Of a stretch of DNA of 64,000 bases, positions 27,103 through 38,612 are shown piece by piece. How positions within the stretch are numbered: position 1 is the stretch's first letter; every line of letters starts with the position of its first letter. This DNA is from Fibrobacteria bacterium (lineage in GTDB: Bacteria > Fibrobacterota > Fibrobacteria > UBA11236). The stretch lies in NCBI GenBank assembly GCA_043745805.1, contig JAYTSD010000001.1, forward strand, positions 161,315 through 225,314, written 5' to 3'. The notes under the pieces are model-generated. The model ran no database searches. It was not told the DNA's origin and was given only the letters and a program-made list of their open reading frames with translations. The position numbers and the translations under genes were made by a program.

Positions 27103-30100
27103 ATGCCGGATCTCAAATTATTCCACCCTTGCGTACAAACTTGGTTTCGTAAAACCTTAGGGACACCGACTCCTGTTCAAGCGCAAGCATGGCCGCAAAT
27201 ACAAGCAGGCCGCAATACTTTAATCGCAGCACCTACAGGTTCCGGAAAAACCTTAGCCGCTTTTTTAGCGGTGATCGATAATTTGTTAAGACGCGCTTGG
27301 GAACAAGATTTACCCGACAAAACTTTGGTCCTGTATGTTTCTCCGTTGAAAGCTTTAAGCAATGATATAGACAAAAACCTGCAAAGGCCATTACGGGGTA
27401 TTGAAGAAGAAGCTTTATCCTTGGGTTTACATCATATTGATATTCGCACGGCGGTGCGCACAGGGGATACGCCTTCATCGGAGCGGCAAGCTATGTTAAA
27501 GCGGCCACCGCATATATTGATTAGTACGCCAGAATCGCTTTTTGTTTTACTCACTAGCGAGGGAGGACGTCGCATGTTACGTCACGTAGAAACCGTGATT
27601 GTCGACGAAATCCATGCCATGGTGGGGGATAAGCGCGGATCGCATCTCGCTTTATCTTTAGAGCGTTTACAAACATTAACCGAAAAGCCGTTGACTAGGA
27701 TTGGGCTTTCGGCTACGCAAAAACCCATTGAAACAGTCGCTCAATTTTTGATCGGCAGTCACATACAAGCTACGTCAATTCCTTGTGCAATTATTGATAC
27801 CGGCCATCGTCGCCAACTCGATTTGGGCGTTGAAGTTCCTGCCTCGCCACTTTCGGCAGTGATGGCCATGGAAGTATGGGACGAAGTGTATGCACGCATG
27901 GAGCAGCTTATTCAAGAGCATCGTACCACATTATTATTTGTCAATACGCGACGCTTAGCGGAAAGAGTAGCGCATCGTTTAAGCCAAAGTTTAGGTGAAG
28001 AATTTGTGGCTGCACATCATGGCAGTCTTTCTAAAGAACGTCGACTCGATGCCGAACAACGCTTAAAAAATGGATCGTTAAAAGTACTCGTGGCTACAGC
28101 CTCTTTAGAACTCGGTATTGATATTGGGGAAGTGGATTTGGTTTTGCAAATCGGTTGCCCAAAATCCATAGCTGCTTTTTTACAGAGAGTGGGACGCTCT
28201 GGTCATACGGTAACCGGAACTCCCAAGGGCAGATTATTTCCTTTAACACGTGATGAATTATGCGAAGCGGCTACTTTGCTCGATGCGGTGCGACGAGGGG
28301 AGCTTGATCAATTGCGCATGCCAGAAAAACCTTTAGATATATTAGCGCAACAAATCGCCGCCGAAGTGGCTTGTCAAGAATGGGGCGAGGAAGAATTGTT
28401 TCAATTGACTCGCCAAGCTTATCCTTATCGAAATTTAGAACGCAAAGAATTTGATGAAGTGGTAGAAATGCTCGCCCAAGGCTTTACTACTCGGCGAGGA
28501 CGACGTGGGGCTTTAATTCATCATGATGCTATTAATGGCCGCCTGCGTGCGCGTCCCGGCGCAAGGCTTACGGCTTTAACTAATGGAGGCGCCATTCCCG
28601 ACGCCTTTGATTATGAAGTGCGTCTCGATCCCGAAAATGTTTTACTGGGAAGTATCAATGAAGATTTTGCCATTGAAAGTATGCCCGGCGATATTTTTTT
28701 ATTAGGCAATCGCTCTTGGTTAATTCAACGCGTAGAATCCAGTATTGTGCGCGTTACGGATGCACATGGCCAGTCGCCAACTATTCCTTTTTGGTTGGGT
28801 GAAGCGCCCGGACGGAGTACAGAATTTTCTTTTGCGCTTGCACGCCTACGTGAAGAAATAGGAAATCGATTAGGCCCATTGCTGGAGTTGAAAAATATCT
28901 TGGCTGAAAATGAAGCTAACCAAGAGTGGAAGGTGCCGGGTCTTGATTGGCTGCAAAATACTTTAGGCTTAAATGCGTCCGCAGCGGATCAACTATTAGA
29001 ATATATTACTTCGTCGGCGCTTGCTTTAGGCGTTATGCCTACGCAAAAAACTTTGGTGCTGGAAAGATTTTTTGATACCGCAGGGGATATGCATGTCGTT
29101 TTGCATTCGCCCTTTGGCAGTCGTATGAATCGGGCTTGGGGGCTTTCTTTACGCAAAAGATTTTGTCGTAAATTTAATTTTGAATTGCAGGCGGCTGCCA
29201 CGGAAGATGCGATTATTCTTTCTTTAGGAGGCACGCATAGTTTTGCTTTGGAAGAAGTTTTTCAATATTTACGCGCACAATCGGTACGGGAAATATTGAT
29301 CCAGGCTATGCTCGTAGCGCCCATGTTTCAGGTACGTTGGCGCTGGAATGCCAGTCGTTCCTTAGCGCTTCCGCGTTTTCGTAATGGCAAAAAAGTGCCA
29401 CCTCAATTACAGCGAATGGGTGCCGAAGATTTAATCGCTTGGGTATTCCCCGATCAAATCGCTTGCCCTGAAAATTTGGAGGGTGAAAGAGAAATTCCTG
29501 ATCATCCTTTGGTACGTCAAACCATTCATGATTGTTTAACCGAAGCGATGGACATTGAAAAATTAGAAGCGGTTTTATTGTCCATCGAAAAACAAGAATT
29601 AAATTTAGTGGCGGTAGATTTAAAAGAACCCTCACCCTTGGCCCAAGAAATTATTAATGCGCGACCTTATGCTTTTTTGGATGATGCGCCTTTAGAAGAA
29701 AGACGGACACGTGCCATACAAAGTCGACGCTATCTCGATCCTAAGGATGCCTCGGATTTAGGTAAACTCGATAGCGAAGCTATACAAGGTGTACAAGCGG
29801 AAGCTTGGCCGCAACCACGCAATGCGGAAGAATTACATGATGCTTTATTGTTAATGGGGTTTGCCACTGAAGCCGAAATGAATGCGGGTACTTGGGACGC
29901 ATGGATTCCAGAATTACAAATACAAAATCGTTTGGCACGAGGTACTTTTAAAGTTACGGGTCAAATTTTTTATTTGGCAGCTGAACGAATACCGGCTTTT
30001 GAAGCTTTCGTCCTTAATGAAAGTTTGAGTGTGAGTTTGAATTGGGAATGGCTGCTTAAACCAAGTTTACCGGAACGCCTTGCACAAGAAATTTGGACTT

Positions 30101-31533
30101 CCGAAAAAGCCGTCGTGGAAATTTTACGCGGCCGCATGGAGACCTTAGGGCCGGTAACTTTGGATCAATTAGCACAAGCTTTTCCTGCGTCGCACTCCCT
30201 AATTCAACAAACGATGCTAGCCTTGGAAAATGAAGGTTTTGTGTTACGGGGTTACTTTGCAGCGAATGCCGGAGAGCAATGGTGTGAAAGACGTTTATTG
30301 GCGCGCATCCATCGTTATACTTTAAATCGCTTGCGCAAAGAAATTGAACCGGTTTCCATTGCCCAGTATATGCGGTTTTTAATAGACTGGCATCATTTAG
30401 GCAATGCTGGAAAACCCGCAGGTCCCGATGCCCTAGCCGCTATAATTGCACAAATGGAAGGTTATGAAGCACCTGCTACCGCTTGGGAAAGTCATTTATT
30501 TCCTGCGCGTTTATTGGTTTATGAATCTTTATGGTTGGATATACAATGCTTAGGCGGCGAAACCTTATGGGGACGTATGCGCAGTGCTATTGAACGCGCC
30601 ACGGAAACAAAAAAATCCGGCCCTATTCGCACTACTCCCATTGCTTTTTTTTCGCGTGCCCATTGGCCACTGTGGCAAAATAGGGAAAAGGATAATCCTA
30701 TTTTTGTTACGGGTAACTCTGAAATTTATTTATCGACTTATGCTCAGCAAGTGTTTGAGCATATTCAACAAAGAGGCGCGTCTTTTTTAGAAGATGTTGT
30801 GCGTCAAGGGGCGATGCTTAAAACTCAAGTGGAAGATGGATTAGGCGAATTAGTTTCGCAAGGTTTAGTGACGGCGGATAGCTTTAAGGGTTTAAGAGCT
30901 TTATTGGATAAACCTCGAAAAATTCCCCAGCATCGTTTTTCGGTTTTTCGTGGAGCCACTTTAGAGCGAGCAGGACGCTGGTCTTTATTAAGAGAATCGG
31001 AAAATGCTACTTCGGATAATTCTGCCGCTAGAGAAATGTTGGCTTGGGTGTTACTGCGACGTTACGGGGTGGTCTTTCGGCGCCTTGTTGACAAAGAATC
31101 ACTTATGCCTTCGTGGCGTGATTTACTGCGAACCTTTCGACAATTGGAGGCTCGAGGAGAAATTCGTGGTGGGCGATTTGTGGAAGGGCTTTATGGAGAG
31201 CAGTTTGCTCTGCCCGAGGCAGTAACCACACTACGCCGTAAAAATTTGATGACTTTATTGCCTCACCGAGATCATTATGTTTTATTGCATTCGGCCGATC
31301 CCGTCAATTTACAAGGCATTTTGTCATCGGGGCGTAAAATACCTGTTACTTTACAAAACCGCATTCTTTATTGCAATGGCTCTCCCGTAGCGGCTTGGGA
31401 GTCGGGCGAAATCGTTTATTTGGAATCCTTGTCCGAATCTGAAAAAGAAATCGCGACACAATATTTTAGACCGTCGACCCAGCTTTTTGCGAGTCTACAA
31501 AACCACTCTCATCCGAATAGTATCTCCACTTAA
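27103..31533 (+). CDS. lhr: Lhr-family ATP-dependent helicase (long form with C-terminal winged-helix extension)
   Basis: APTGSGKT, SPLKALSND, DEIH, GLSAT, HHGSLS, LELGIDIG, QRVGRSGH; C-terminal LL.RYGVVFR, LEARGEIRGGRFV.G..GEQFA. Confidence 0.92.
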   Translation: MPDLKLFHPCVQTWFRKTLGTPTPVQAQAWPQIQAGRNTLIAAPTGSGKTLAAFLAVIDNLLRRAWEQDLPDKTLVLYVSPLKALSNDIDKNLQRPLRGIEEEALSLGLHHIDIRTAVRTGDTPSSERQAMLKRPPHILISTPESLFVLLTSEGGRRMLRHVETVIVDEIHAMVGDKRGSHLALSLERLQTLTEKPLTRIGLSATQKPIETVAQFLIGSHIQATSIPCAIIDTGHRRQLDLGVEVPASPLSAVMAMEVWDEVYARMEQLIQEHRTTLLFVNTRRLAERVAHRLSQSLGEEFVAAHHGSLSKERRLDAEQRLKNGSLKVLVATASLELGIDIGEVDLVLQIGCPKSIAAFLQRVGRSGHTVTGTPKGRLFPLTRDELCEAATLLDAVRRGELDQLRMPEKPLDILAQQIAAEVACQEWGEEELFQLTRQAYPYRNLERKEFDEVVEMLAQGFTTRRGRRGALIHHDAINGRLRARPGARLTALTNGGAIPDAFDYEVRLDPENVLLGSINEDFAIESMPGDIFLLGNRSWLIQRVESSIVRVTDAHGQSPTIPFWLGEAPGRSTEFSFALARLREEIGNRLGPLLELKNILAENEANQEWKVPGLDWLQNTLGLNASAADQLLEYITSSALALGVMPTQKTLVLERFFDTAGDMHVVLHSPFGSRMNRAWGLSLRKRFCRKFNFELQAAATEDAIILSLGGTHSFALEEVFQYLRAQSVREILIQAMLVAPMFQVRWRWNASRSLALPRFRNGKKVPPQLQRMGAEDLIAWVFPDQIACPENLEGEREIPDHPLVRQTIHDCLTEAMDIEKLEAVLLSIEKQELNLVAVDLKEPSPLAQEIINARPYAFLDDAPLEERRTRAIQSRRYLDPKDASDLGKLDSEAIQGVQAEAWPQPRNAEELHDALLLMGFATEAEMNAGTWDAWIPELQIQNRLARGTFKVTGQIFYLAAERIPAFEAFVLNESLSVSLNWEWLLKPSLPERLAQEIWTSEKAVVEILRGRMETLGPVTLDQLAQAFPASHSLIQQTMLALENEGFVLRGYFAANAGEQWCERRLLARIHRYTLNRLRKEIEPVSIAQYMRFLIDWHHLGNAGKPAGPDALAAIIAQMEGYEAPATAWESHLFPARLLVYESLWLDIQCLGGETLWGRMRSAIERATETKKSGPIRTTPIAFFSRAHWPLWQNREKDNPIFVTGNSEIYLSTYAQQVFEHIQQRGASFLEDVVRQGAMLKTQVEDGLGELVSQGLVTADSFKGLRALLDKPRKIPQHRFSVFRGATLERAGRWSLLRESENATSDNSAAREMLAWVLLRRYGVVFRRLVDKESLMPSWRDLLRTFRQLEARGEIRGGRFVEGLYGEQFALPEAVTTLRRKNLMTLLPHRDHYVLLHSADPVNLQGILSSGRKIPVTLQNRILYCNGSPVAAWESGEIVYLESLSESEKEIATQYFRPSTQLFASLQNHSHPNSIST

Positions 31534-31573
31534 CTTCTCGGTTTAAGTATTTTCTAATGACATTTATTAAGAG

Positions 31574-32332
31574 GTGTCCTTGGGCCTATATCAAAGCATT
31601 TATAACCTAGCCTTAAAATTAAAAGCAGGTACCGAAGTATTGGGTTATGGCCGGCCTATTATTGCAAATTGGTCTGCCGAAGCCTTAACTTTAAATACAA
31701 ACTCGCTTCCCAAGGTCTTGGATATTGGTTGCGGGCCGGGTCAAGATTTGGAAAATGTACGCAAAGCCTTTGCTAAGCCTTGTGAGCTTTATGGTATAGA
31801 ATATTACTCTGAGCATGTAAAAACCTGTGAGCAAAAAGGCATACACATTGCGGGGTTAAATATTGAAAGAGATAATTACCCCTATCCCGATGAATTTTTT
31901 GATGTTGTGATAGCTAATCAAGTTTTAGAGCATGTGAAAGATTTGTTTTACGTGGTGTCCGAGATGTCACGTATTGTAAAAAAAGAGGGGACTATTATAA
32001 TCGGTATTCCTAATATGGCAGCTTGGCATGACCGGCTCATTTTATTGTTGGGTAATCAGCCTTCTTCTAATAAAGTATTAGGTCCGCATATTCGTGGTTA
32101 TACTCGCCCTGGTTTTACAAGTTTTATGGAAACGGATGGCTTTTTTAAATGTGAAAAATTTGCAGGAAGTGGTTTTTATCCTTTCCCAGCATGGCTTTGT
32201 CGCATTTTAGCCCGGCTCTTTCCTAGCTTTGCTACGGCAGTATTTTTTAAATTCAAACGCAATGCTAAATCCGGTGTATTTCTTGAGGTTTTAGAGAAAC
32301 GTTTCTTTGAAACTAATTACTATCGGGGATAA
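31574..32332 (+). CDS. Class I SAM-dependent methyltransferase
   Basis: VLDIGCGPG, FDVV...QVLEH; GTG start after GAGG. Confidence 0.88.
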   Translation: MSLGLYQSIYNLALKLKAGTEVLGYGRPIIANWSAEALTLNTNSLPKVLDIGCGPGQDLENVRKAFAKPCELYGIEYYSEHVKTCEQKGIHIAGLNIERDNYPYPDEFFDVVIANQVLEHVKDLFYVVSEMSRIVKKEGTIIIGIPNMAAWHDRLILLLGNQPSSNKVLGPHIRGYTRPGFTSFMETDGFFKCEKFAGSGFYPFPAWLCRILARLFPSFATAVFFKFKRNAKSGVFLEVLEKRFFETNYYRG

Positions 32333-32476
32333 ATGAAAATTAAAAGAGCAGAAAATAAATTTCTCCTTTCTTTTTCCTTAAAGGTTAGTAACATACATGT
32401 TATCTTTTGAAAAACTTTTTTTATAAAAGTAAATCAACTTCATAAATTAAGCATAGGCAAAGAAAGTAAGGGCTGA

Positions 32477-32992
32477 ATGCGGAAAATCATTTTGTATATC
32501 GCAACTAGCTTGGACAATTATATTGCCCGAGAAAATGGCGATATCGATTGGTTATTCAGTGATGACGATTATGGTTATTCCGATTTTATAGAAAATGTGG
32601 ATACTGTGCTCATGGGGCGCAAAACCTATCAGCAAGTGCTTAGCTTTGGCGCTTATCCCTACGAAGGCCTACAAGGCTATGTGTATACTCGGCAATTGCC
32701 AGTTAAAGATGATAATGTGGAATATATTTCGGGCGATGCTATACGCCATGCGCAAGCTTTAAAACAACAGCCTGGACAAAATATTTGGTTAGTGGGCGGC
32801 GCGGTTTTAATTAAAGAATTTTTTGATCGTAATTTAATTGACGAAGTCATTTTATCCGTGCATCCTATTTTATTAAGTCGCGGTATTCGTTTATTTCATG
32901 CCATGAATAAAGAAGTGAATTTGACTTTGAAGTGGATAAAACCTTATCCCAGCGGTTTAGTGCAAATCAGTTATGTGGTGAAGAATACTTAA
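32477..32992 (+). CDS. Dihydrofolate reductase-like (RibD C-terminal family) protein
   Basis: YIATSLD.YIA, MGRKTY, IWLVGG, LIDE....HPILL. Confidence 0.9.
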   Translation: MRKIILYIATSLDNYIARENGDIDWLFSDDDYGYSDFIENVDTVLMGRKTYQQVLSFGAYPYEGLQGYVYTRQLPVKDDNVEYISGDAIRHAQALKQQPGQNIWLVGGAVLIKEFFDRNLIDEVILSVHPILLSRGIRLFHAMNKEVNLTLKWIKPYPSGLVQISYVVKNT

Positions 32993-33001
32993 TTGATAGG
33001 T

Positions 33002-33874
33002 TTAAAAAATTACTGTTCGATTTCCATAACTTAGTACACGTCGAGTAATATGCGCCCACAGGGCACGCGACAAAACAATTTTTTCCAAGTCTTGTCCTTT
33101 GCGAATCAATTCCTTAACATCGTCTTTGTGAGTAACAAAGGTGACATCTTGATCAATGATCGGACCTGCGTCTAAATCTTCGGTCACATAATGGCTTGTC
33201 GCGCCAATCATTTTTACACCCCTAGCATAAGCGGAATGATAAGGTTTCGCACCAGGAAATGCGGGTAAAAAGGAATGATGAATATTAATGATACGTTGTG
33301 GATAAGCGGAAATAAATTCAGGTGACAAAATTTGCATATAGCGTGCTAAAGCGATACATTCGATTTGCTTTTCTTTCAATAAGTCCAATTGTTTTTGCTC
33401 TTGCTCACGACGATTGTATTCATTAATGGGAAAAACATAAAAGGGTATGCCAAAGGTTTTTGCCACAGGTTCAAGATCGGTGTGATTGCTGAAAATCATG
33501 GAAATTTCTAAAGGCCAGTCTCCCGATTGGCTATGCGATAAAATATCGTAGAGACAGTGGGAAAGTTTGGAAACGAAAATAGCCATGCGCGGTTTTTCAT
33601 CTGAAAAATGCAAGCTCCATTGCATATTGAATGGCGTAGCAAGGGTATCACGAAAATGAATCCCAATTACCTCAGGCATTAATGTGAATTTTTGTAGATC
33701 CCATTCGACGCGCATGAAGAAAATTTTATGCTCGGTATCTACATGTTGATCGAGGTGGAGAATGTTTCCACCATGGTGATGAATGAATGCGGTAACTGAA
33801 GCCACTAGTCCGCTTTGATCAGCACAATGCATTAATAAAATGGCAGAGCGAGGAGGAGTATTCAATAGGGTCAT
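33002..33874 (-). CDS. purU: Formyltetrahydrofolate deformylase
   Basis: N-terminal ACT domain, VSK..HCL.D, LARYMQIL, INIHHSFLPAF.GAKPY, LDAGPII. Confidence 0.96.
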   Translation of the reverse strand: MTLLNTPPRSAILLMHCADQSGLVASVTAFIHHHGGNILHLDQHVDTEHKIFFMRVEWDLQKFTLMPEVIGIHFRDTLATPFNMQWSLHFSDEKPRMAIFVSKLSHCLYDILSHSQSGDWPLEISMIFSNHTDLEPVAKTFGIPFYVFPINEYNRREQEQKQLDLLKEKQIECIALARYMQILSPEFISAYPQRIINIHHSFLPAFPGAKPYHSAYARGVKMIGATSHYVTEDLDAGPIIDQDVTFVTHKDDVKELIRKGQDLEKIVLSRALWAHITRRVLSYGNRTVIF

Positions 33875-33890
33875 AAAATTTGCACTTTAT

Positions 33891-34559
33891 TTAAACCAAA
33901 TGCGGTTTTATATGCTTCACATTGCGGCCTTCAACTAAATAAATCACACTTTCGGCAACATTACAGGCATGATCCGCAATACGCTCCACGCAGCGTGCGG
34001 CGCGAATCAAATGTTCTCCATTTTGCACATTACGTTTATCCGCTAACATATATTCAATAAATTCATTATGCAATAAATCAAAATAGCCATTTACCTGCAT
34101 TTCATCGTGTATCACTTGGCGCGCGAGCAAAACATCACGGTTGGTAATGGCTTGAATGGCATTGCGACACATGCCTAAAGCATGTTGTGACATGAGTAGA
34201 AAGTTTTGGGAATGGGGTACCGTGCCATGGCTTAGTAAATATAAAGCACGCTTCGCAAAGGATACTGCTTCGTCGCCCATACGTTCCATATCGGTTACGG
34301 TCTTTTGTACGGTAATCACATAACGTAAATCAACTGCTAAAGGTTGATGCAAGGCTAGAATGGAAAAACAAAGTTCATCGATAACTACTTCTAATTGGTC
34401 GACACATTGATCGCCAGAAAAAACCATTTGAATATCTTCTTCCCCTTTTTGGGCAAAGAGGCATGCAAAGGACATTTCCACTTGTTGTAAAACCGTAGAA
34501 TTCATTTGTAAAGCTAATTTCGAGAGTTGATGCAAATGCTCATGCAAATTGTCTTTCAT
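33891..34559 (-). CDS. phoU: Phosphate signalling protein PhoU
   Basis: QPLAVDLR, DMERMGD, ERIADHACNVAE; operon context. Confidence 0.93.
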   Translation of the reverse strand: MKDNLHEHLHQLSKLALQMNSTVLQQVEMSFACLFAQKGEEDIQMVFSGDQCVDQLEVVIDELCFSILALHQPLAVDLRYVITVQKTVTDMERMGDEAVSFAKRALYLLSHGTVPHSQNFLLMSQHALGMCRNAIQAITNRDVLLARQVIHDEMQVNGYFDLLHNEFIEYMLADKRNVQNGEHLIRAARCVERIADHACNVAESVIYLVEGRNVKHIKPHLV

Positions 34560-34582
34560 ACTATCCTTAATTAAAACCTAAA

Positions 34583-35344
34583 TTAACCGAAGCGTCCGGT
34601 AATATAATTTTCTGTTAGTGTTTGGGCAGGCTTTTTAAACAGTTGTTCAGTGGTATTAAATTCCACAAGCTCTCCACCCAAGAGAAAACCCGTAAAATCT
34701 GAAATACGTCCTGCTTGTTGCATGCTGTGCGTAACCATTACAATAGTATAATGTGATTTCAACTCTAAAATCAACTCTTCAATTTTACCTGTAGAAATAG
34801 GATCTAGGGTAGATGCCGGTTCATCCATGAGAATAATTTCGGGCTGATTTGCCAAAGCGCGGGCAATGCATAAACGTTGTTGTTGCCCTCCCGAAAGTTT
34901 TTGCGCAGAACCATGTAAGCGGTCTTTAACTTCACGCCAAAGACCGGCTTGTTTTAAAGTGGTTTCTACAATTTCATTTTGTGCATCCCGTGACAGTTTT
35001 CCGTGTAATTTAGGACCGAATACTACATTGTCATAAATGCTCATGGGAAATGGAGTAGCTTGCTGAAACACCATGCCTACGCGTTTTCGCAAACGTTCTA
35101 AAGCAAATCCAGATAAAATATTTTCCTCATCTAATCTTAGTTTTCCCGTTATAGTAAAACCAAGAATATTGTCATTCATACGATTAAAGCAACGGAGCAA
35201 AGTGCTTTTGCCACAACCTGAAGGGCCGATGATAGCCGTGATGCTATGGCGAGGAATTTGCATATTAATATTATGTAAAGCCTGCGCCTTACCATAATTT
35301 ACCGAAAGTGTTTCGGCGGTTAGAATAGGTTTTTCAAAATTCAC
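34583..35344 (-). CDS. pstB: Phosphate ABC transporter ATPase
   Basis: [35 protein letters not shown]. Confidence 0.96.
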   Translation of the reverse strand: MNFEKPILTAETLSVNYGKAQALHNINMQIPRHSITAIIGPSGCGKSTLLRCFNRMNDNILGFTITGKLRLDEENILSGFALERLRKRVGMVFQQATPFPMSIYDNVVFGPKLHGKLSRDAQNEIVETTLKQAGLWREVKDRLHGSAQKLSGGQQQRLCIARALANQPEIILMDEPASTLDPISTGKIEELILELKSHYTIVMVTHSMQQAGRISDFTGFLLGGELVEFNTTEQLFKKPAQTLTENYITGRFG

Positions 35345-36399
35345 TAGATGGCTCCGGGTTTTTTACGGCGCAAAGATTGACGAAAATATAAGGCAGTAAA
35401 ATTTAACAGCAAAACTAAAAGTAATAACGTAAAACAAGCGGCATATACCAAAGGACGTGAGGCTTGGGCATCAGGGGATTGTAAGGCAGCATCATAAATA
35501 TGAAAACCTAAATGCATAAATTTTCTTTCAGGATGCAGAAAAGGAAATTGTCCATCAATAGGTGCCGAAGCCAGTTTTACTGCCCCAGTCAACATCAATG
35601 GCGCTACTTCACCGGCGGCACGACTAATCGCTAAAATCATTCCGGTAAATATTCCGGGCAAGGCTCCAGGTAAAACAATTTTCCAAATGACTTCGAAAGA
35701 GGTGGCTCCTAAGGCCAAAGCATTATCGCGTTGTTTTTGTGATACACTGCGTAAGCCTTCTTCTGTCGCCACAGCTACAACGGGTAAAGTCAATAATGCT
35801 AAAGTGAGGCTGGCCCAAAGTAAACCTCCTGATCCAAAAGTAGCGGAAGGTAAATGTTCACTAAAAAACCATCGATCCATTTGCCCTCCTAATCCATAGG
35901 CAAAAAATACCAAGCCAAACATGCCAAAAATAATAGAGGGCACTCCCGCTAAATTATTCAAAGTAAAACGTACGAAACGTGTCCAATACCCGTAACTTCC
36001 AAATTCATGCAAATAAATGGCCACCAAAATACCCATGGGAATTACCGCTATGGTCATTAAAAAGACTAATAAGGCGGTTCCTAATATGGCGGGAAATACC
36101 CCACCCGCAGTATTGGACGCGCGGGGGTATTCGAGTAAATAATTTCCGAAATTTTTTAGGCAAGGATAAATTTTTTGCGGCCATGCTTTTTTTTCTAGCG
36201 GTGTGGAATAGGATATTGCTCGGCTGGATACTTGGATTTCGACAGAGGATTCTTTCGGCCAAAAATACTTACCGGCTTGAAAGGCGATTAATCCTACGCA
36301 TACTACAATTAACAATGAGGCGGTGTAGATGCAAAAACTAAATAACCCTAATAATCCTTCTTCTCGGGCCAAGAAAAATTTTTTGGAAGAAAAAATCAT
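35344..36399 (-). CDS. pstA: Phosphate ABC permease PstA
   Basis: [35 protein letters not shown]. Confidence 0.92.
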   Translation of the reverse strand: MIFSSKKFFLAREEGLLGLFSFCIYTASLLIVVCVGLIAFQAGKYFWPKESSVEIQVSSRAISYSTPLEKKAWPQKIYPCLKNFGNYLLEYPRASNTAGGVFPAILGTALLVFLMTIAVIPMGILVAIYLHEFGSYGYWTRFVRFTLNNLAGVPSIIFGMFGLVFFAYGLGGQMDRWFFSEHLPSATFGSGGLLWASLTLALLTLPVVAVATEEGLRSVSQKQRDNALALGATSFEVIWKIVLPGALPGIFTGMILAISRAAGEVAPLMLTGAVKLASAPIDGQFPFLHPERKFMHLGFHIYDAALQSPDAQASRPLVYAACFTLLLLVLLLNFTALYFRQSLRRKKPGAI

Positions 36400-38612
36400 G
36401 CCCAGTCTCCGTTAGCTTGTCTGCGAAAACGATTATGAAAATAATCGGCCAGAGCATGTAAAACAAACGTACCAACAAAAAGCAAAAAGCCTAATAAAAA
36501 AAGTACTCGAAAAAGTGTATGACCACTGGTGGCTTCGGGTAATTCAATCGCAAGGGTAGCGGAGAGGGTACGTAGACCAACAAATGGGCTGGTATCCAGT
36601 AGTGGCGTATTTCCCGAAACCATTAGTACAATCATGGTTTCCCCGATGGTTTGGCTGAGGCCTAAAATGGCGGCCAATAATAATCCAGGAGCGGCACAGC
36701 GCATGGCCACACGAGAAAGAGCCTGCCAAGGGTTTGCACCAAGGGCGCGAGCCGCAGCAATTAAATCCATAGGAATATGCGAAAGGGCATCTTCGGCCAA
36801 AGTAAAAATAGTGGGAAAGGCTGCAAAGCCCATAGCCAAGCCTAAAAGCAAGCTGCTATGCATAGAGTAGCGCCAACCATGGCTTTCGAGCCAGTCTTGT
36901 AAAGTCATTGGCCCTAAAAAAACAAACTGTAAAAATTGTTCTATGGGAAAGTAGAGTAAAACCCCGGCCATAAAAACTAACCCCATGGGAATTAATCGAA
37001 AACGGGTTTGCCAACGAAATAGAAAGTGGGCGGTCAGATAGAGTAACACAGGTGTGACAGTAAAAAATAAAGCCAGCCAAAGTATATGTTGCATTAGCCA
37101 AGGAGCAAGTATGGTTCCCGCCATAAATCCTAAAATCACACCGGGTACCGAACCTGCCAATTCAAAAAAAGGTTTAATCCAATTTTTGAGTTGAGGGGAG
37201 GCGAAATGACTGACATAAAGTGCCGCGCCAAAAGCTAAGGGAAGTGCAAAAAGCAAGGCGTAAAATGAAGCTTTCAGTGTACCAAATAGCAGAGGAACAA
37301 TACTCCATTTGGGTTGAGTAGCCTCATTGCCTGAACTATTTTGCCAAACCCATTCGGCTTGCGCATAACCAGGGTAACAAATTTTTGCCCAGAGCGAACG
37401 GAAACTAAATGCGGGATGTGGATCTTGTAATTTTTTTATCCAAATGCCTGTACTTTGAATTGCGCATAAACTTTCACCAGCTTCTCCAATTTGTGCCTCT
37501 TCGGGAATCGTCATTAGCCGATCTTGCTTTATAGCACCGGAACCCACACTGAATATTTTAAAACGCTGAGTGGACCAAGCATAAAAATTTCGCGCCTTAG
37601 GGTCAGCATCTAATTGGGCTTTGGAGTGCTGGAGATTTTCCAAAGGCGCTTCCCAAGTATCGCGAGGTTCAAAACGCCACGCACTATTTTCTTGTCTTTT
37701 TAAAGTCCAATTAATGATTTGTATTTTTCCTTGCGGCGACTGTAGTGCTGCGAAATTATCATTGCCAAAGCCGAATTGAATGGCAGTTAATTTGGTAGAT
37801 AATTTCCATCTATCTGCTAGTAAGAGAGGCATTTTGGGAGGTACCAAATCGAGAGGGGAGGGAATAGATAAATTATTGGCAAGCATGGATAAATCATATT
37901 GATATAGCCAGTTTTGAGAATAAGCAAGAAAAATAGAACCGTCACTGGAAAAGGCACCCTGTTCGAGGGAGGCGATGGGAAGGGTATCATAGCGGTTAAC
38001 ATTAAGCCAAGCGGAATCCAATTGTAAAATCCAAGGATGATGTTTGTCTCCAGTTAAAACCAAAGTAGATTTACCTTCGGGTGCCGAAACTTGTAACAAA
38101 GCTTGGCCATTTATTTCCTGAGGCAAATCAATCCAAGCACCTTGTTTTATTGTTACCGAAAGCTCGTCTTCACTAGGCGTATTATCAGCAGTGTGGGTGT
38201 GTACAATTTGACTTTTGAATAAGGCTAAACGATGTTGTGAAGTTAAAATGGCAAATAGGCCATACCATTTATCCACGTGAGTTTGGATAATTTTTTCATT
38301 TAAGGCTAAGGGCAAAATAAAATTAAATAAGGTGACCGTGTTTTTTTCTTGTATCTGGATAATGCTTATACTTGTGGAATCGAGTAGTGTGAGTAAATGT
38401 TCTTTTTCATGAAAAATAAAAGCCAAAGGTTTAGTTGGATTTTTTTCTGGCCAGGAGTGTAACTCGGGGGTATCCCATCGCGGCTCTTGAAACAAAGGCC
38501 ATACTTGTAAGCCCATATAAATAAATAAGGCGAGCACGCACAGTACCGTGAAATTACCGGCGAATTTTACGCCTAGTCTAAATAATTTATCGAAGAATTG
38601 CCGACGATCCAT
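36396..38612 (-). CDS. pstC: Phosphate ABC permease PstC with a large periplasmic insertion
   Basis: YPGY....WVWQ.SS, PLLFGTLKA, IKP..EL...VPGVILGF, GETMIVLM.SGNTP, LRTLSA..AIELPE. Confidence 0.9.
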   Translation of the reverse strand: MDRRQFFDKLFRLGVKFAGNFTVLCVLALFIYMGLQVWPLFQEPRWDTPELHSWPEKNPTKPLAFIFHEKEHLLTLLDSTSISIIQIQEKNTVTLFNFILPLALNEKIIQTHVDKWYGLFAILTSQHRLALFKSQIVHTHTADNTPSEDELSVTIKQGAWIDLPQEINGQALLQVSAPEGKSTLVLTGDKHHPWILQLDSAWLNVNRYDTLPIASLEQGAFSSDGSIFLAYSQNWLYQYDLSMLANNLSIPSPLDLVPPKMPLLLADRWKLSTKLTAIQFGFGNDNFAALQSPQGKIQIINWTLKRQENSAWRFEPRDTWEAPLENLQHSKAQLDADPKARNFYAWSTQRFKIFSVGSGAIKQDRLMTIPEEAQIGEAGESLCAIQSTGIWIKKLQDPHPAFSFRSLWAKICYPGYAQAEWVWQNSSGNEATQPKWSIVPLLFGTLKASFYALLFALPLAFGAALYVSHFASPQLKNWIKPFFELAGSVPGVILGFMAGTILAPWLMQHILWLALFFTVTPVLLYLTAHFLFRWQTRFRLIPMGLVFMAGVLLYFPIEQFLQFVFLGPMTLQDWLESHGWRYSMHSSLLLGLAMGFAAFPTIFTLAEDALSHIPMDLIAAARALGANPWQALSRVAMRCAAPGLLLAAILGLSQTIGETMIVLMVSGNTPLLDTSPFVGLRTLSATLAIELPEATSGHTLFRVLFLLGFLLFVGTFVLHALADYFHNRFRRQANGDWA

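Noticed and set aside
26432-31533. Anti-phage defence system made of the TA pair plus helicase
   Set aside because: The helicase is a standard long Lhr DNA-repair type with no nuclease or other defence partner nearby; adjacency alone is insufficient
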